Assembly (NCBI GenBank): GCA_963814745.1
Contig: CAWFEA010000002.1
Coordinates: forward strand, 2,094 to 66,093
DNA length: 64,000 nucleotides
Source: an uncultured Acidobacteriota bacterium
Lineage (GTDB): Bacteria > Acidobacteriota > Terriglobia > Terriglobales > Acidobacteriaceae
Direction: 5' to 3'
The notes under the pieces are model-generated. The model ran no database searches. It was not told the origin of the DNA and saw nothing but the letters and a program-made list of their open reading frames with translations. The position numbers were made by a program, and so were the translations under genes. Positions 19,364 through 28,858 of this stretch are shown piece by piece. The first letter of the stretch is position 1, and every line of letters starts with the position of its first letter.

Positions 19364-20224
19364 TTAATCCGCGTCTGCGGTTCCCTCGTGACTTCTTTTC
19401 GGCTCGCAACTTATACAAGAACCTGCGCCTTTTGGCTTTGGCGGAGAAAACGGCAAGAGCACGCAGAAATGGCTGCCGCAGCCAATCGTGCTCTCCACCC
19501 ATATCTTGCCGCCATGCGCCACGACTAACTCGCGCGCGATCGTCAGCCCCAGACCGGTACCCGCAGGCGCCCCAGGCACAGGCAAGCTGAAGAACTCGTC
19601 GAATATCTCCTGATGATTCTCCGGAGGAATCCCGGGACCATTGTCGGCGACCACGATCTTGGCCGCATTCGGGCCGCTGCTGCGCGACGACCTTCGTTCC
19701 ACGTTGACCCGCTCGCCAAGGCTTCGCCGTTCCCAGAAATACGGCATCGCCGTCAGCGAGACAGTGCCTCCGCTCGGGGTGTAGTGAAGCGCGTTCTCCA
19801 GCAGGTTGGAGACAAGTTGAGCCACTTTCTGCCGGTCAAATTCGAAGTTCAGCGGACCATGGCTCAACCGGCACTCAAACTCCATATTCTTTTCCTGGAA
19901 CGCCGGCAGCCAGCATTCATGAATGGTGCTGAGACAGGCCTTCAGGTCGGCGCTTTCGAAAGAATAGGTGACACGGTTAGCCTGCTGGGAACCCAACAGC
20001 AAGAGTTGCGCAACGTGCTGTTCGAGGCGCCGCGAACTGGCGCAGATGTCACGCAAGGCGCGCAACTGGCGCGCGTTCACTTCGCCCAGTTTGCCCGCGA
20101 TCAACAGGTTGACATAACCGGAAATGATGGCCAGAGGAGCCTTCAGGTCGTGCACGGCACAGGAAATACCGGCGTTGCGACGATCCTCACTCTCCCCGCC
20201 AGAAAGTACTATCCGGGACGACAT
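19364..20224 (-). CDS. Sensor-less (core-only) histidine kinase
   Basis: The H-box AVHDLKAPLAIISGY sits about 25 aa from the N-terminus. HATPase_c N/G boxes are present (NLLENALHYTP, DNGPGIP, GTGLGL). No TM segment or sensory domain. The stop abuts the regulator start. Confidence 0.8.
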   Translation of the reverse strand: MSSRIVLSGGESEDRRNAGISCAVHDLKAPLAIISGYVNLLIAGKLGEVNARQLRALRDICASSRRLEQHVAQLLLLGSQQANRVTYSFESADLKACLSTIHECWLPAFQEKNMEFECRLSHGPLNFEFDRQKVAQLVSNLLENALHYTPSGGTVSLTAMPYFWERRSLGERVNVERRSSRSSGPNAAKIVVADNGPGIPPENHQEIFDEFFSLPVPGAPAGTGLGLTIARELVVAHGGKIWVESTIGCGSHFCVLLPFSPPKPKGAGSCISCEPKRSHEGTADAD

Positions 20225-20546
20225 GGTCTTTCGTCCTTTCGCGCTGACACTCAACGCACAAAACACCAATGTTCTTGGGGGAGAGCTGCAGAAGCAGAAC
20301 ACATTCAGAATACTACGTTTCGTACGGAACGCAAGAGTTTGCATAAAAACTGAAAAAATGATTCCCAAATCGGTAAGTTTGGAAAAGTGCTTCCCTTTTA
20401 TCCGTGGAAAGGTTTTTCCCCGCGCCGCCGCCAACCGGCGCGCGCCCGTCGCCTTTGACTTCCTGAAGATTTCGGAGATACTACACTTTCTTTCATTATT
20501 TCAGCCACTTACAATCGCATCACTCGATGTCTGACAAGGCGGCGCG

Positions 20547-21611
20547 GTGTGCATGATTTTGGTGCAACAAGTGCAACTTACCGGTCACATGAAATCAAGC
20601 GTGGCGAATGTGCACCCTTTCGGCGATGAGATTCCCCCCGAGCTTATACTCTTCGGCTGCACGCCTGAAATGGCTGCAATTCGAGAGAGTTTACACAAGA
20701 TTGCCAGCACCAACATACCGGTCTTAATTGAAGGTGAAAGTGGGACTGGCAAGGAGCTAATCTGCAAATACCTGCACAGGCTCTCGGCATGGAGTTCCGG
20801 ACCGTTCGTCAAAGTCAACTGCCCCGCCATTCCCAATACCTTGATCGAAAGCGAGTTGTTCGGTCATGAGAAAGGCGCATTTACCGGGGCTTTCGACGCC
20901 AAACCCGGCCGGGTGGAGATGGCACATTGCGGAACCCTTTTCCTGGATGAGATCTCGGAACTGGATCTGCCGTTACAGTCCAAGTTACTGCAACTGCTCC
21001 AGGACGGGCAATTCTGCCGGATTGGTGCGAGCGAAGGAACCAAAGTCAACGTTCGCGTGATTTGCGCCACCAACCGGCAATTGCACCGCGAAGTCGCCAA
21101 TGGCAGATTTCGTCAAGATCTCTACTACCGCATCACCGGCCTGGTTTTGCAGCTTCCTCCTTTAAGGGAGCGTATCGCCGACATCTCGGCGCTGGCGGAT
21201 TACCTGATCGCGCTCCACAGCGAGAAGTACAAGCGCAAGGTTCCGCCATTGTCGTCGTCCACGCTGATGATGATGAAGACTCACTCCTGGTCGGGCAACG
21301 TCCGGGAGTTGGAAAACCTGATGAAGCGGTATGTGGTGCTGGGCTCCGAGGACGTCATCACCAAGGAGCTGAAGTGGCGCACGATGGGCCACATCGACAT
21401 GGATATAGCGCCCGAGAATTCTATCGCTCTGGGCCAGGTTACGCGCGAAGCGGTCAAGGACCTGGAGAACAAGATCATCTTGAGCACGCTCCAGGCGAAC
21501 CAATGGAACCGGAAGCGGGCCGCCCGCGCATTGCAAATCAGTTATCGTTCGTTGCTCTACAAGTTGAAGAAAGCCGGCATCAACAGCCGGCGGGATGCCA
21601 GCCCTAACTAG
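20547..21611 (+). CDS. Sigma-54 enhancer-binding protein lacking a receiver/sensor domain (AAA+ plus Fis HTH only)
   Basis: GESGTGKE Walker A, GAFTGA loop (EKGAFTGA), RFRQDLYYR and a C-terminal HTH (NRKRAARALQISYRSLLYKLKK). Only about 25-40 aa precede the AAA+ core. The start is uncertain (GTG 20547, ATG 20553 or ATG 20589). Confidence 0.85.
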   Translation: MCMILVQQVQLTGHMKSSVANVHPFGDEIPPELILFGCTPEMAAIRESLHKIASTNIPVLIEGESGTGKELICKYLHRLSAWSSGPFVKVNCPAIPNTLIESELFGHEKGAFTGAFDAKPGRVEMAHCGTLFLDEISELDLPLQSKLLQLLQDGQFCRIGASEGTKVNVRVICATNRQLHREVANGRFRQDLYYRITGLVLQLPPLRERIADISALADYLIALHSEKYKRKVPPLSSSTLMMMKTHSWSGNVRELENLMKRYVVLGSEDVITKELKWRTMGHIDMDIAPENSIALGQVTREAVKDLENKIILSTLQANQWNRKRAARALQISYRSLLYKLKKAGINSRRDASPN

Positions 21612-21635
21612 ATGGCACACGGGGATGGAGGAGAG

Positions 21636-22259
21636 ATGAAAAATTGCGGCAAGTTTTTACTGCTGCTGGCGTCGGTTGCACTGTTGCTGTCGGTGTGGGC
21701 CGGCGCACAGGCGAAACCCGAAACACCGGCGAAAGAACCAGCCCCCGGCGCGCGCCAAATGCCGCCGCCCAATAGCACCGATTATGTCATTGGCGAAAGC
21801 GATGTGCTCGCCATCAATGTGTGGCACGAACAGGAGCTGTCGCGAGTGCTTCCGGTGCGGGCGGATGGAAAGATTTCGCTGCCGCTGATCGGGGATCTCG
21901 CTGCCGGCGGATTGACCCCTGCGCAGTTACAGGCAGCCATCGTCGAGAAGCTGCGCAGTTACATGGAGAATCCGGAAGTCACGGTGATCGTGCAGGAACC
22001 GAAGAGCCAGTACTTCACGGTGGTTGGCGAGGTGATGAAACCGGGAGCGTTTCCGCTGGGACAACGCCTCAGCGTTCTGGACGGGATCGCCATGGCGGGC
22101 GGCTTCAAGGACTTTGCGAAAGTAAAGAAGATGTATGTATTGCGCACCCACCGCGACGGAACTACGGAGAGACTGCCCTTCAACTACAAGAAGGCGCTTG
22201 GCGGCAATACTGAGCAGAACCTCATACTCGTGGCCCGGGACACCATCGTTGTCCCCTAG
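21636..22259 (+). CDS. Polysaccharide export protein (Wza/EpsE-like, Poly_export plus SLBB)
   Basis: Signal peptide. YVIGESDVLAINVW...VRADGKISLPLIGDLAAGGLTPAQLQAAI is the Poly_export signature. GGAGGAG RBS. Confidence 0.85.
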   Translation: MKNCGKFLLLLASVALLLSVWAGAQAKPETPAKEPAPGARQMPPPNSTDYVIGESDVLAINVWHEQELSRVLPVRADGKISLPLIGDLAAGGLTPAQLQAAIVEKLRSYMENPEVTVIVQEPKSQYFTVVGEVMKPGAFPLGQRLSVLDGIAMAGGFKDFAKVKKMYVLRTHRDGTTERLPFNYKKALGGNTEQNLILVARDTIVVP

Positions 22260-22279
22260 AGGGAAGGAGTTGTTTGACC

Positions 22280-23629
22280 ATGCGGATAAAAGTTGGCGCA
22301 TGCTTATTGCTGTTCTTCGCCGTGCTTTACGCGCGGGCGGCCGAGGAGCCGGCCGCTCCCGTGAGTTCCACGCCGGAGACCGCCGCCGAGCCGTCGCATC
22401 TCACCGCTGACGCGCCTTCGCTGGTGACCCAGAGCGATCCCGACTACAGGAACGTCCTGGTCGGCGGGGTTTCCCTCGGGGCCGCCTATGACACCGCCGG
22501 GTATGCGGATGCCAATGGCACTACCGGCGACGCTAGATTTTTCGCTCAGCCCAGCATCGCCTTTCGGCAAACCTATCCGACCGCGAACTGGACCCTGAGC
22601 TACACGCCGGGAGTAAGTGTCAGCCAGCACGCGACCGACTCTACCCAGTTCACCCACAACCTGGCGGGTGATGTGTTCTGGAAGGCAACTCCACGCTGGA
22701 CTCTCCACGCGCGGCAGGATTACAGTATTTCCACCAATCCCTTCGAGACCGTCGGCAGGGTGGCTCTGCTGCCGGACCTGGGCGGATACTTCGGCCCGAA
22801 CTACGACGGGGTCATTCCCTATTCGAAGAGAACAACCTATATAAGCAACGCTGACATCAGCTATCGCCTGACCCCCCATGTCGCCGTCGGCCTCACCGGC
22901 GGATACCAGGTATTTGATTACAGCAGCATCGATGCCAGCCAGTTAGCGCAGGCGGATCTGACCGATTCCACGGTGGTTAACGGATCTCTTTACGTGTCGG
23001 ACCAAATTTCCAAGAAGCAGACCCTGGGAGTTCAGTTTGCTTATGTTGATATCTACAGTAGTGGCGCCCAGCAATCCCGGGTGCAGGCGCCGGCGGTGCT
23101 TCTGTTCGACACGGTGCGGTTCAGCCAACACTCGCTGCTGACGGTGTACGCCGGTCCGGAATACGCGCGCAGTTCCGCCGTCGTCCCGATCATTCCCCCT
23201 CTCTATGCGTCCATCTCACAGCACGACTGGCATCCTTCAGCCGGAGCGACGTTTGCGTGGGAGGGAGCGCAAAACGCGCTAACGCTCGAATTTGTGCGGC
23301 GCATCAGCTCCGGGGGCGGGCTGATGAACGCCAATATCATGACCGTCGGCAGCGCCGCTTTCCGTTCGCGGATTACCAAGCGCTGGACGGCGGAAGCACG
23401 GTTGAGCGTCGACAACGAGGAGCAGTTGAGCCTGTTCAATCAAGACGTTTACTTCCGGACGACTTGGGCAGGTGGCAGCCTTGCGCGCGACCTCAACCGG
23501 CATTGTTCGGTCCGCCTGGACGGCGCCTACATAAACCAAACCGGAAACGGGTTGGGCTTTGTGCCGGGCGACCACGGCCTCATTCAGATCACGTTCGATG
23601 TTCACTTCCGGAGAGGAATAGGCAGGTAG
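22280..23629 (+). CDS. Putative outer-membrane beta-barrel protein of the PEP-CTERM locus
   Basis: Signal peptide MRIKVGACLLLFFAVLYARA. Alternating amphipathic beta-strand-like sequence rich in Y/G/S/T. Its position between the exporter and the chain-length determinant matches described XrtA loci. No recognisable catalytic motif. Confidence 0.5.
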   Translation: MRIKVGACLLLFFAVLYARAAEEPAAPVSSTPETAAEPSHLTADAPSLVTQSDPDYRNVLVGGVSLGAAYDTAGYADANGTTGDARFFAQPSIAFRQTYPTANWTLSYTPGVSVSQHATDSTQFTHNLAGDVFWKATPRWTLHARQDYSISTNPFETVGRVALLPDLGGYFGPNYDGVIPYSKRTTYISNADISYRLTPHVAVGLTGGYQVFDYSSIDASQLAQADLTDSTVVNGSLYVSDQISKKQTLGVQFAYVDIYSSGAQQSRVQAPAVLLFDTVRFSQHSLLTVYAGPEYARSSAVVPIIPPLYASISQHDWHPSAGATFAWEGAQNALTLEFVRRISSGGGLMNANIMTVGSAAFRSRITKRWTAEARLSVDNEEQLSLFNQDVYFRTTWAGGSLARDLNRHCSVRLDGAYINQTGNGLGFVPGDHGLIQITFDVHFRRGIGR

Positions 23630-23632
23630 GAC

Positions 23633-25210
23633 ATGTTCGACCAGGAAAATACGCGCCCCGCGCTTACCGTTGATGACTACTGGCATATCCTTCTGCGCCG
23701 GCGCTGGTGGCTGATCGGCGCGCTGTTCGGTTGCTGGATCCTGGCCTGGGGAGGCAGCCGGTTTCTGCCCTCGGTGTATCGCTCCGAGACCCTGATCCTG
23801 GTGGAACAGCAGAAAGTTCCGGAGCAATACGTGGTTGCCAACGTTTCCATCGATCTGCCGGAACAACTGCAAAGCATGACGCAGCAGATCCTGAGCCGCA
23901 CCAGGCTGGAGCGCATCATTGAAAAGTATCACCTGTACACCAGGCAGCGGGCGCGGTCCGGCCCGGACGGTCTCGTCGATCAGATGCGCAAGGACATTCA
24001 GATCCAACTGGTGGAGGCGCCGGGAAAACGCGGGGAGCTGACGGCCTTTCGCATCATCTTTTCGGCTCCCACGCCCACCCTGGCGCAGCAAATAGCGACG
24101 CAACTGACTTCCCTGTTCATCGACGAGAACATTCAGGAGCAGTCTCAGCGCGCCGAAAACACGACTGATTTCCTGTCGAGCGAGCTGAATGCGGCGCGCG
24201 ACAGCCTGGCCGCACAGGAAGCCAAGGTCAAGCAGTTCAAGAGCCAAAACCTTGGCGAGCTTCCCAGCCAGATGGACGCCAACGTTCATATCCTCTCCGG
24301 GTTGCAGGAGCGTTATCACAACCTCGGAGAGTCACTGAACCGGGCGCAGGAGCAACGGCTCTACCTGGAGTCGCTGCTGGCCCAGTATCGCTCCGTCCGC
24401 ACCGGCGAAGCGGGCGCCGAGACGCCGGCGTCGCTGGAGCGTGAGTTAACCAAGATGCGGGCCGATTTAGAGGACATGCAGACACGCTACACGGAGAAGC
24501 ATCCGGACGTGATTCGACTGAAGGGCCTGATCGCAAAGACCGAAAAGCTGAAGAGAGATCTCCAGGCGCAGATGGCCACCTCGGATGACGGGCAAAAAAC
24601 TCCGACCAGCGCTTCCGATTTGCAAGCCATGCAGCCGAAGCTGCAGGTCGAAGGTCAGCTAAAAGCCAACGCGCAGGAAACCCAGAATACGCGCCGCGAG
24701 ATGCAAGAGCTGCAAACCCAGATCGCCGCGTACCAGAGCCGCCTGAACACGACGCCCATACGCGAGCAACAGCTCACGGACCTGACGCGCGATTACGAGC
24801 AGTCCAAGGCTAACTACGATTCGCTGCTGAAAAAACAGATGCAGTCGCAATTGGCGACCAACCTGGAGAAACGGCAGCAGGGCAAGGGGTTTCGCATCAT
24901 CGATCCGCCCAGCTTCGCCCACAAGCCGTATTCACCGGATCGCGTGAAATTCAGTTTGCTGGGACTGATCGCGGGATTCCTGCTCGGTTTCGGCCTGGTC
25001 TTCCTGACCGAATTTCTGGACGACCATATCCGTGAGGAAGCGGACATCACGCAAATGACAAATGCGCGTATTCTTGCCGGTATTCCGCGGCTGGCCACGC
25101 CTGCCGACAAGCGCAGGCAGCACCGCCTGCGTTTTCTGGAATGGTGCGGCGCCGCCATCATCTTCGTCGTAATGGTTGGCGCTAACATCTACACTTTTTA
25201 CAGGGGATAG
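23633..25210 (+). CDS. Chain-length determinant (Wzz/GumC-like, PEP-CTERM locus type)
   Basis: N-terminal TM followed by the Wzz motif (YRSETLILVEQQKVPEQYV), a long coiled-coil periplasmic region and a C-terminal TM. Confidence 0.8.
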   Translation: MFDQENTRPALTVDDYWHILLRRRWWLIGALFGCWILAWGGSRFLPSVYRSETLILVEQQKVPEQYVVANVSIDLPEQLQSMTQQILSRTRLERIIEKYHLYTRQRARSGPDGLVDQMRKDIQIQLVEAPGKRGELTAFRIIFSAPTPTLAQQIATQLTSLFIDENIQEQSQRAENTTDFLSSELNAARDSLAAQEAKVKQFKSQNLGELPSQMDANVHILSGLQERYHNLGESLNRAQEQRLYLESLLAQYRSVRTGEAGAETPASLERELTKMRADLEDMQTRYTEKHPDVIRLKGLIAKTEKLKRDLQAQMATSDDGQKTPTSASDLQAMQPKLQVEGQLKANAQETQNTRREMQELQTQIAAYQSRLNTTPIREQQLTDLTRDYEQSKANYDSLLKKQMQSQLATNLEKRQQGKGFRIIDPPSFAHKPYSPDRVKFSLLGLIAGFLLGFGLVFLTEFLDDHIREEADITQMTNARILAGIPRLATPADKRRQHRLRFLEWCGAAIIFVVMVGANIYTFYRG

Positions 25211-25212
25211 CC

Positions 25213-26367
25213 GTGTACGAAAAATTCTATGGCTTGGCGCAGAATCCGTTCGGCGTAGGCCCCGACCCGCAGTTCTACTACGGCACACCGAAGCATAACG
25301 AAGCGTTGGCAAACCTTACGTATGGCATCCGGCGGCGCAAGGGATTCGTGGTATTGACGGGCGAGGTCGGCACCGGCAAGACGCTGCTGCTGCGCTGTCT
25401 GCTGGACGCTCTGCGGCGCTCGAAGGTGACCCATGCGTTCATCTTCAACCCGCTGATATCCACCAGCGACTTGCTGCGCCACGTGGTTGCGGATTTTGGC
25501 ATCAAGGAGCCGAGAACGAACCGCGGCGACCTGTTGATGCAACTGCATCAGTTCCTGCTTGAGGTCTATCGCGGCGGTTCCACGGCGGCCCTGCTGGTGG
25601 ATGAAGCGCATCTGCTGTCGGCCGAACTGTTGGAAGAAATCCGTTTGCTGTCGAACATCGAGACCGCCCAGCACAAGTTGTTGCAGATTCTCCTGGTCGG
25701 CCAGCCGGAACTCGACGACATTCTGGATTCGCCTTATCTGCGGCAGCTCAAGCAGCGTGTCGCCCTGCGTTACAAGCTCGAACCGCTCGATGAAAAAGAG
25801 GTCCATGGCTACATCGATCGGAGACTGCAATTAGCGGGCGCGTCAGGACGCATGCTGGAGATTTTTCCTCCGCCAACCCTGGCCCGCATCGTTCTTTATT
25901 CCCGCGGCACCCCGCGGCTCATCAACAACATTTGCGACGCCGCCCTGGTGAACGCCTACGCCCAGCAGGAGAGGTCCGTCAGTCCTGAGATCATCGAAGA
26001 AGTCGCTAGCGATCTGCGCCTCAGCGTGAACAACGCGCGGGAATCGCAGGAGGGAACCTGGAGACCCCCCGTGGCGCCGGCAAGAACGGAAGCGCCGGCG
26101 GCATCGAAGCCGGCTCTGGGTACGGACTCTGAAACGGTTTTCGAGTTGGAACCGCAACCGCTTTCCCGGCCCCAGCCCCGTGGCGCACATGACCCTGAAC
26201 CGGTATTTCAGCCGCACGAAGATCAGGGGATCACTCTGCCGGAAAACTTCAATAACAGAAAGGCCATTGTGGATACATTGCTTCAATTGGCGAAGATGCT
26301 CGACCCTGATGCGGAGCAACCGGCAAGGAAAGCACAACATTCCAGCTCTGGAGTCGGAACCCGATGA
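25213..26367 (+). CDS. ExeA/GspA-like AAA ATPase (secretion ATPase, PEP-CTERM locus subfamily)
   Basis: MYEKFYGLAQNPF N-terminus, Walker A GEVGTGKT, Walker B LLVDEAHLL, and a low-complexity Pro-rich tail. Confidence 0.8.
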   Translation: MYEKFYGLAQNPFGVGPDPQFYYGTPKHNEALANLTYGIRRRKGFVVLTGEVGTGKTLLLRCLLDALRRSKVTHAFIFNPLISTSDLLRHVVADFGIKEPRTNRGDLLMQLHQFLLEVYRGGSTAALLVDEAHLLSAELLEEIRLLSNIETAQHKLLQILLVGQPELDDILDSPYLRQLKQRVALRYKLEPLDEKEVHGYIDRRLQLAGASGRMLEIFPPPTLARIVLYSRGTPRLINNICDAALVNAYAQQERSVSPEIIEEVASDLRLSVNNARESQEGTWRPPVAPARTEAPAASKPALGTDSETVFELEPQPLSRPQPRGAHDPEPVFQPHEDQGITLPENFNNRKAIVDTLLQLAKMLDPDAEQPARKAQHSSSGVGTR

Positions 26368-27479
26368 GCCGGATATTCGACGCCCTGCACCAATCCGAGC
26401 TTGATCAGAAGACGACCACGGCAGCCCCGTCCCCCGCGCGTACGGCGGTTGCGGAACCGCCCAAAGCTACGGAACTGTCACCCGCCGCGGGGCCAACCGT
26501 CGAAACCGAGGAAATTCCGGAGATTGCGCCTTCGCAGGCGAGGCTCGTCGCGGCCGAAGACACGGAAGTGTTCGAGGCGTTGCCGCACTCCGCCGTGGAC
26601 GTCGAAGAGCCGCCCCAGTTGCTGGATCCAGCGCTTACCGAATGGGCGATGACGGAAGCCTCCGCGGAGGTTCCGGACGCTTCGCCCAGCATGTTGCCGC
26701 CGGTCCGGGAGCCGGCCTTCGAACAACTGGGAGCGATTGAATCGGTTAACCTCAAAGGCGCCGACTCCACGCGCCTGGTCGCCCTGGCAGACGAGCGCGG
26801 ACTCGGAGCCGAGAAGTTTCGCGTTTTGGTGGCGCGGCTGAACAACCTGCGTCACGGCGCCAAGCTGAGAGTTTTGCAGGTCACAAGCAGCGTCATCGGC
26901 GAAGGCAAGACCCTGGTATCGGCGAACCTGGCGCTGACTCTGGCGAAACGTTCCTCGCAGAGAATACTTCTGCTGGAGGGAGATCTGCGCAAACCGGCTC
27001 TGAGCGGCATCTTTGGTTTAGGCGAGCGTCCCGGGCTCAACGAGTGGTGGGACAGCCAAGAGCCGATACAAAAATTCCTGTTGCGCGCCGGTGAAACCAA
27101 CCTGTACCTGTTGCCGAGCACTGCCGTGCAACATCCTGCCTCAGTGCTGCAATCGGGGCGGTTGGCCGATGCGCTTGCCGAGCTCTGCCGGCAATTCGAT
27201 TGGATCATCGTCGATACTCCCCCCCTGCTGCCTATGGCTGATTCCAACCTGTGGGCGCGGATGGTCGACGGAACTCTGCTGGTGGTCCGCAAAGAAGTTG
27301 TCACCCGCAAGGCCTTGAAGCAGGCCATGGAAACCATGGATAACCCTAAGCTGGTCGGGGTCGTGCTGAACGACGCCACCGACTTCGCCCAGGTGAGCTA
27401 CTACGATCAGTACTACTCCGGCAAGCCGATCAAGAAGCAGACGGCCGAGAAGCCGGATGAAGGAAAGAGCGGCGAGTGA
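26364..27479 (+). CDS. Tyrosine-kinase-like (CpsD/CapB family) chain-length co-determinant ATPase
   Basis: C-terminal P-loop domain (VTSSVIGEGKTLVSANLA, LLLEGDLRKP, IIVDTPPLLP) after an acidic, Pro-rich, likely disordered N-terminal region of about 140 aa. ATGA overlap with the upstream gene. Confidence 0.8.
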   Translation: MSRIFDALHQSELDQKTTTAAPSPARTAVAEPPKATELSPAAGPTVETEEIPEIAPSQARLVAAEDTEVFEALPHSAVDVEEPPQLLDPALTEWAMTEASAEVPDASPSMLPPVREPAFEQLGAIESVNLKGADSTRLVALADERGLGAEKFRVLVARLNNLRHGAKLRVLQVTSSVIGEGKTLVSANLALTLAKRSSQRILLLEGDLRKPALSGIFGLGERPGLNEWWDSQEPIQKFLLRAGETNLYLLPSTAVQHPASVLQSGRLADALAELCRQFDWIIVDTPPLLPMADSNLWARMVDGTLLVVRKEVVTRKALKQAMETMDNPKLVGVVLNDATDFAQVSYYDQYYSGKPIKKQTAEKPDEGKSGE

Positions 27480-28858
27480 TTCGCTTTTTCAATGCGCATT
27501 TCCCGGCTCGCACGGTCCTGCTGGGCGCCTCGGAGGCGGTGCTGACGGCGGCTGCTTTCGTGTGTGCGATCATCGCGGCCATGGGGCCGTTTGATGCGCA
27601 GATGTTCATCGGCTATGAGCAGGGCGGCGCCAGGATCGCGCTGGTCGTCGGCGTGTTCGTGCTGTGCATGTATTATTTCGATCTTTACGACTCCACGGTT
27701 TTGCGCAGCCAGCGGGAGATCTTCACCCGCCTCATCCAGGTCTTCGGCATGGTTTGCCTTGTTCTTGCCTGTGTGTATTCGCTGTTTCCGGCGATGCGTC
27801 TGCAACAGAACGTATTCGGCGCCGGAGCGCTGGCCGCGGCATCACTGACCGTACTCTGGCGGCGGCTGTTCAGCTTCGTCAGCGCATGGCCGGTGTTCAT
27901 GGAGCGGGTGATGGTGCTGGGAGATGGAGTGTTGGCCCAGGACCTGCTGAAGGAAATCCACGACCGTTCCGAACTCGGCATCCGGGTGGTCGCTCATCTA
28001 TCGGAGGATCAGGATTGGAGTTCCTGGGAGAAACCGGGAATGCCGGCCTTCGCGGCTGAAATCGACCGCGTGACCCGGGTATTGCGGGTGCAAAGAATCA
28101 TCGTCTCGATGAAGGAGCGGCGCGGGCGGCTGCCGGTCGAGTCCCTGCTCGAATTGAAGAGACGCGGGGTCATGGTCCAGGACGGCAACGAACTCTACCA
28201 GATCATGACCGGCAAAATCTCGCTCGACTCGCTGCGTCCCAGCATGTTGCTGTTCTCGCCCGGGTTCCAGGTTTCTCGTCCGTTCCTGCTGTACAAGCGG
28301 GTTACCTCGATTCTGGTCTCCGCCGCAGGGTTGCTGTTGACGTTACCGGTCATGCTGCTGATGGCCGTTGCCATCAAGCTTGACTCGAAGGGGCCGGTGA
28401 TCTTCCGGCAGCGACGCGTCGGAAAAGACGGCAAGACTTTTGTGCTTTACAAGTTTCGCTCGATGTACGAGGGAGTGAATGGAGATCGGCCGGCGACCAA
28501 AGACGACGCCCGCTGCACGCGCGTTGGCCGCTGGCTGCGCGCTACCAGGGTCGATGAGCTGCCGCAGTTGTGGAATATCTTCCGCGGCGACATGCACCTG
28601 GTCGGTCCGCGCCCGTTCGTGCCCGAGCAGGAAGAGAAGTTGGTCGAAGAGATTCCTTTCTACAGCCTGCGCTGGAGCGTGCGGCCGGGAGCCACGGGCT
28701 GGGCGCAGGTCAATCGCGGCTATTGTTCCACGATCGCCGAAAACGCGGAAAAGCTGGCTTACGACCTCTTCTATATAAAGAATCTTTCGGTCGGCCTGGA
28801 CCTGCTGGTCATCTTCAAGACTTTCAAGATTTTGCTGCTTGGCCGGGGCGCCCAATGA
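27476..28858 (+). CDS. Polyprenyl-phosphate glycosyl-1-phosphate transferase (WbaP/EpsB-type priming sugar transferase)
   Basis: N-terminal TM bundle plus the Bac_transf domain (KLDSKGPVIFRQRRVGKDGKTFVLYKFRSM, DELPQLWNIFRGDMHLVGPRP). GTGA overlap with the upstream gene. Confidence 0.85.
   Translation: MIRFFNAHFPARTVLLGASEAVLTAAAFVCAIIAAMGPFDAQMFIGYEQGGARIALVVGVFVLCMYYFDLYDSTVLRSQREIFTRLIQVFGMVCLVLACVYSLFPAMRLQQNVFGAGALAAASLTVLWRRLFSFVSAWPVFMERVMVLGDGVLAQDLLKEIHDRSELGIRVVAHLSEDQDWSSWEKPGMPAFAAEIDRVTRVLRVQRIIVSMKERRGRLPVESLLELKRRGVMVQDGNELYQIMTGKISLDSLRPSMLLFSPGFQVSRPFLLYKRVTSILVSAAGLLLTLPVMLLMAVAIKLDSKGPVIFRQRRVGKDGKTFVLYKFRSMYEGVNGDRPATKDDARCTRVGRWLRATRVDELPQLWNIFRGDMHLVGPRPFVPEQEEKLVEEIPFYSLRWSVRPGATGWAQVNRGYCSTIAENAEKLAYDLFYIKNLSVGLDLLVIFKTFKILLLGRGAQ

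Noticed and set aside
19364-20434. Longer 356-aa version of the histidine kinase
   Set aside because: The extra 70 codons upstream of ATG 20224 run through the AT-rich intergenic region, give an implausible sequence (…FCFCSSPPRTLVFCALSVS…) and add no domain.
20560-20575. Sigma-54-like element TGGTGC-N5-GTGCA before the receiver-less activator gene
   Set aside because: The GG/GC spacing is correct, but three flanking positions deviate from consensus. It would place the transcription start inside or at the very edge of the candidate start codons, leaving no RBS. Kept only as a weak possibility.
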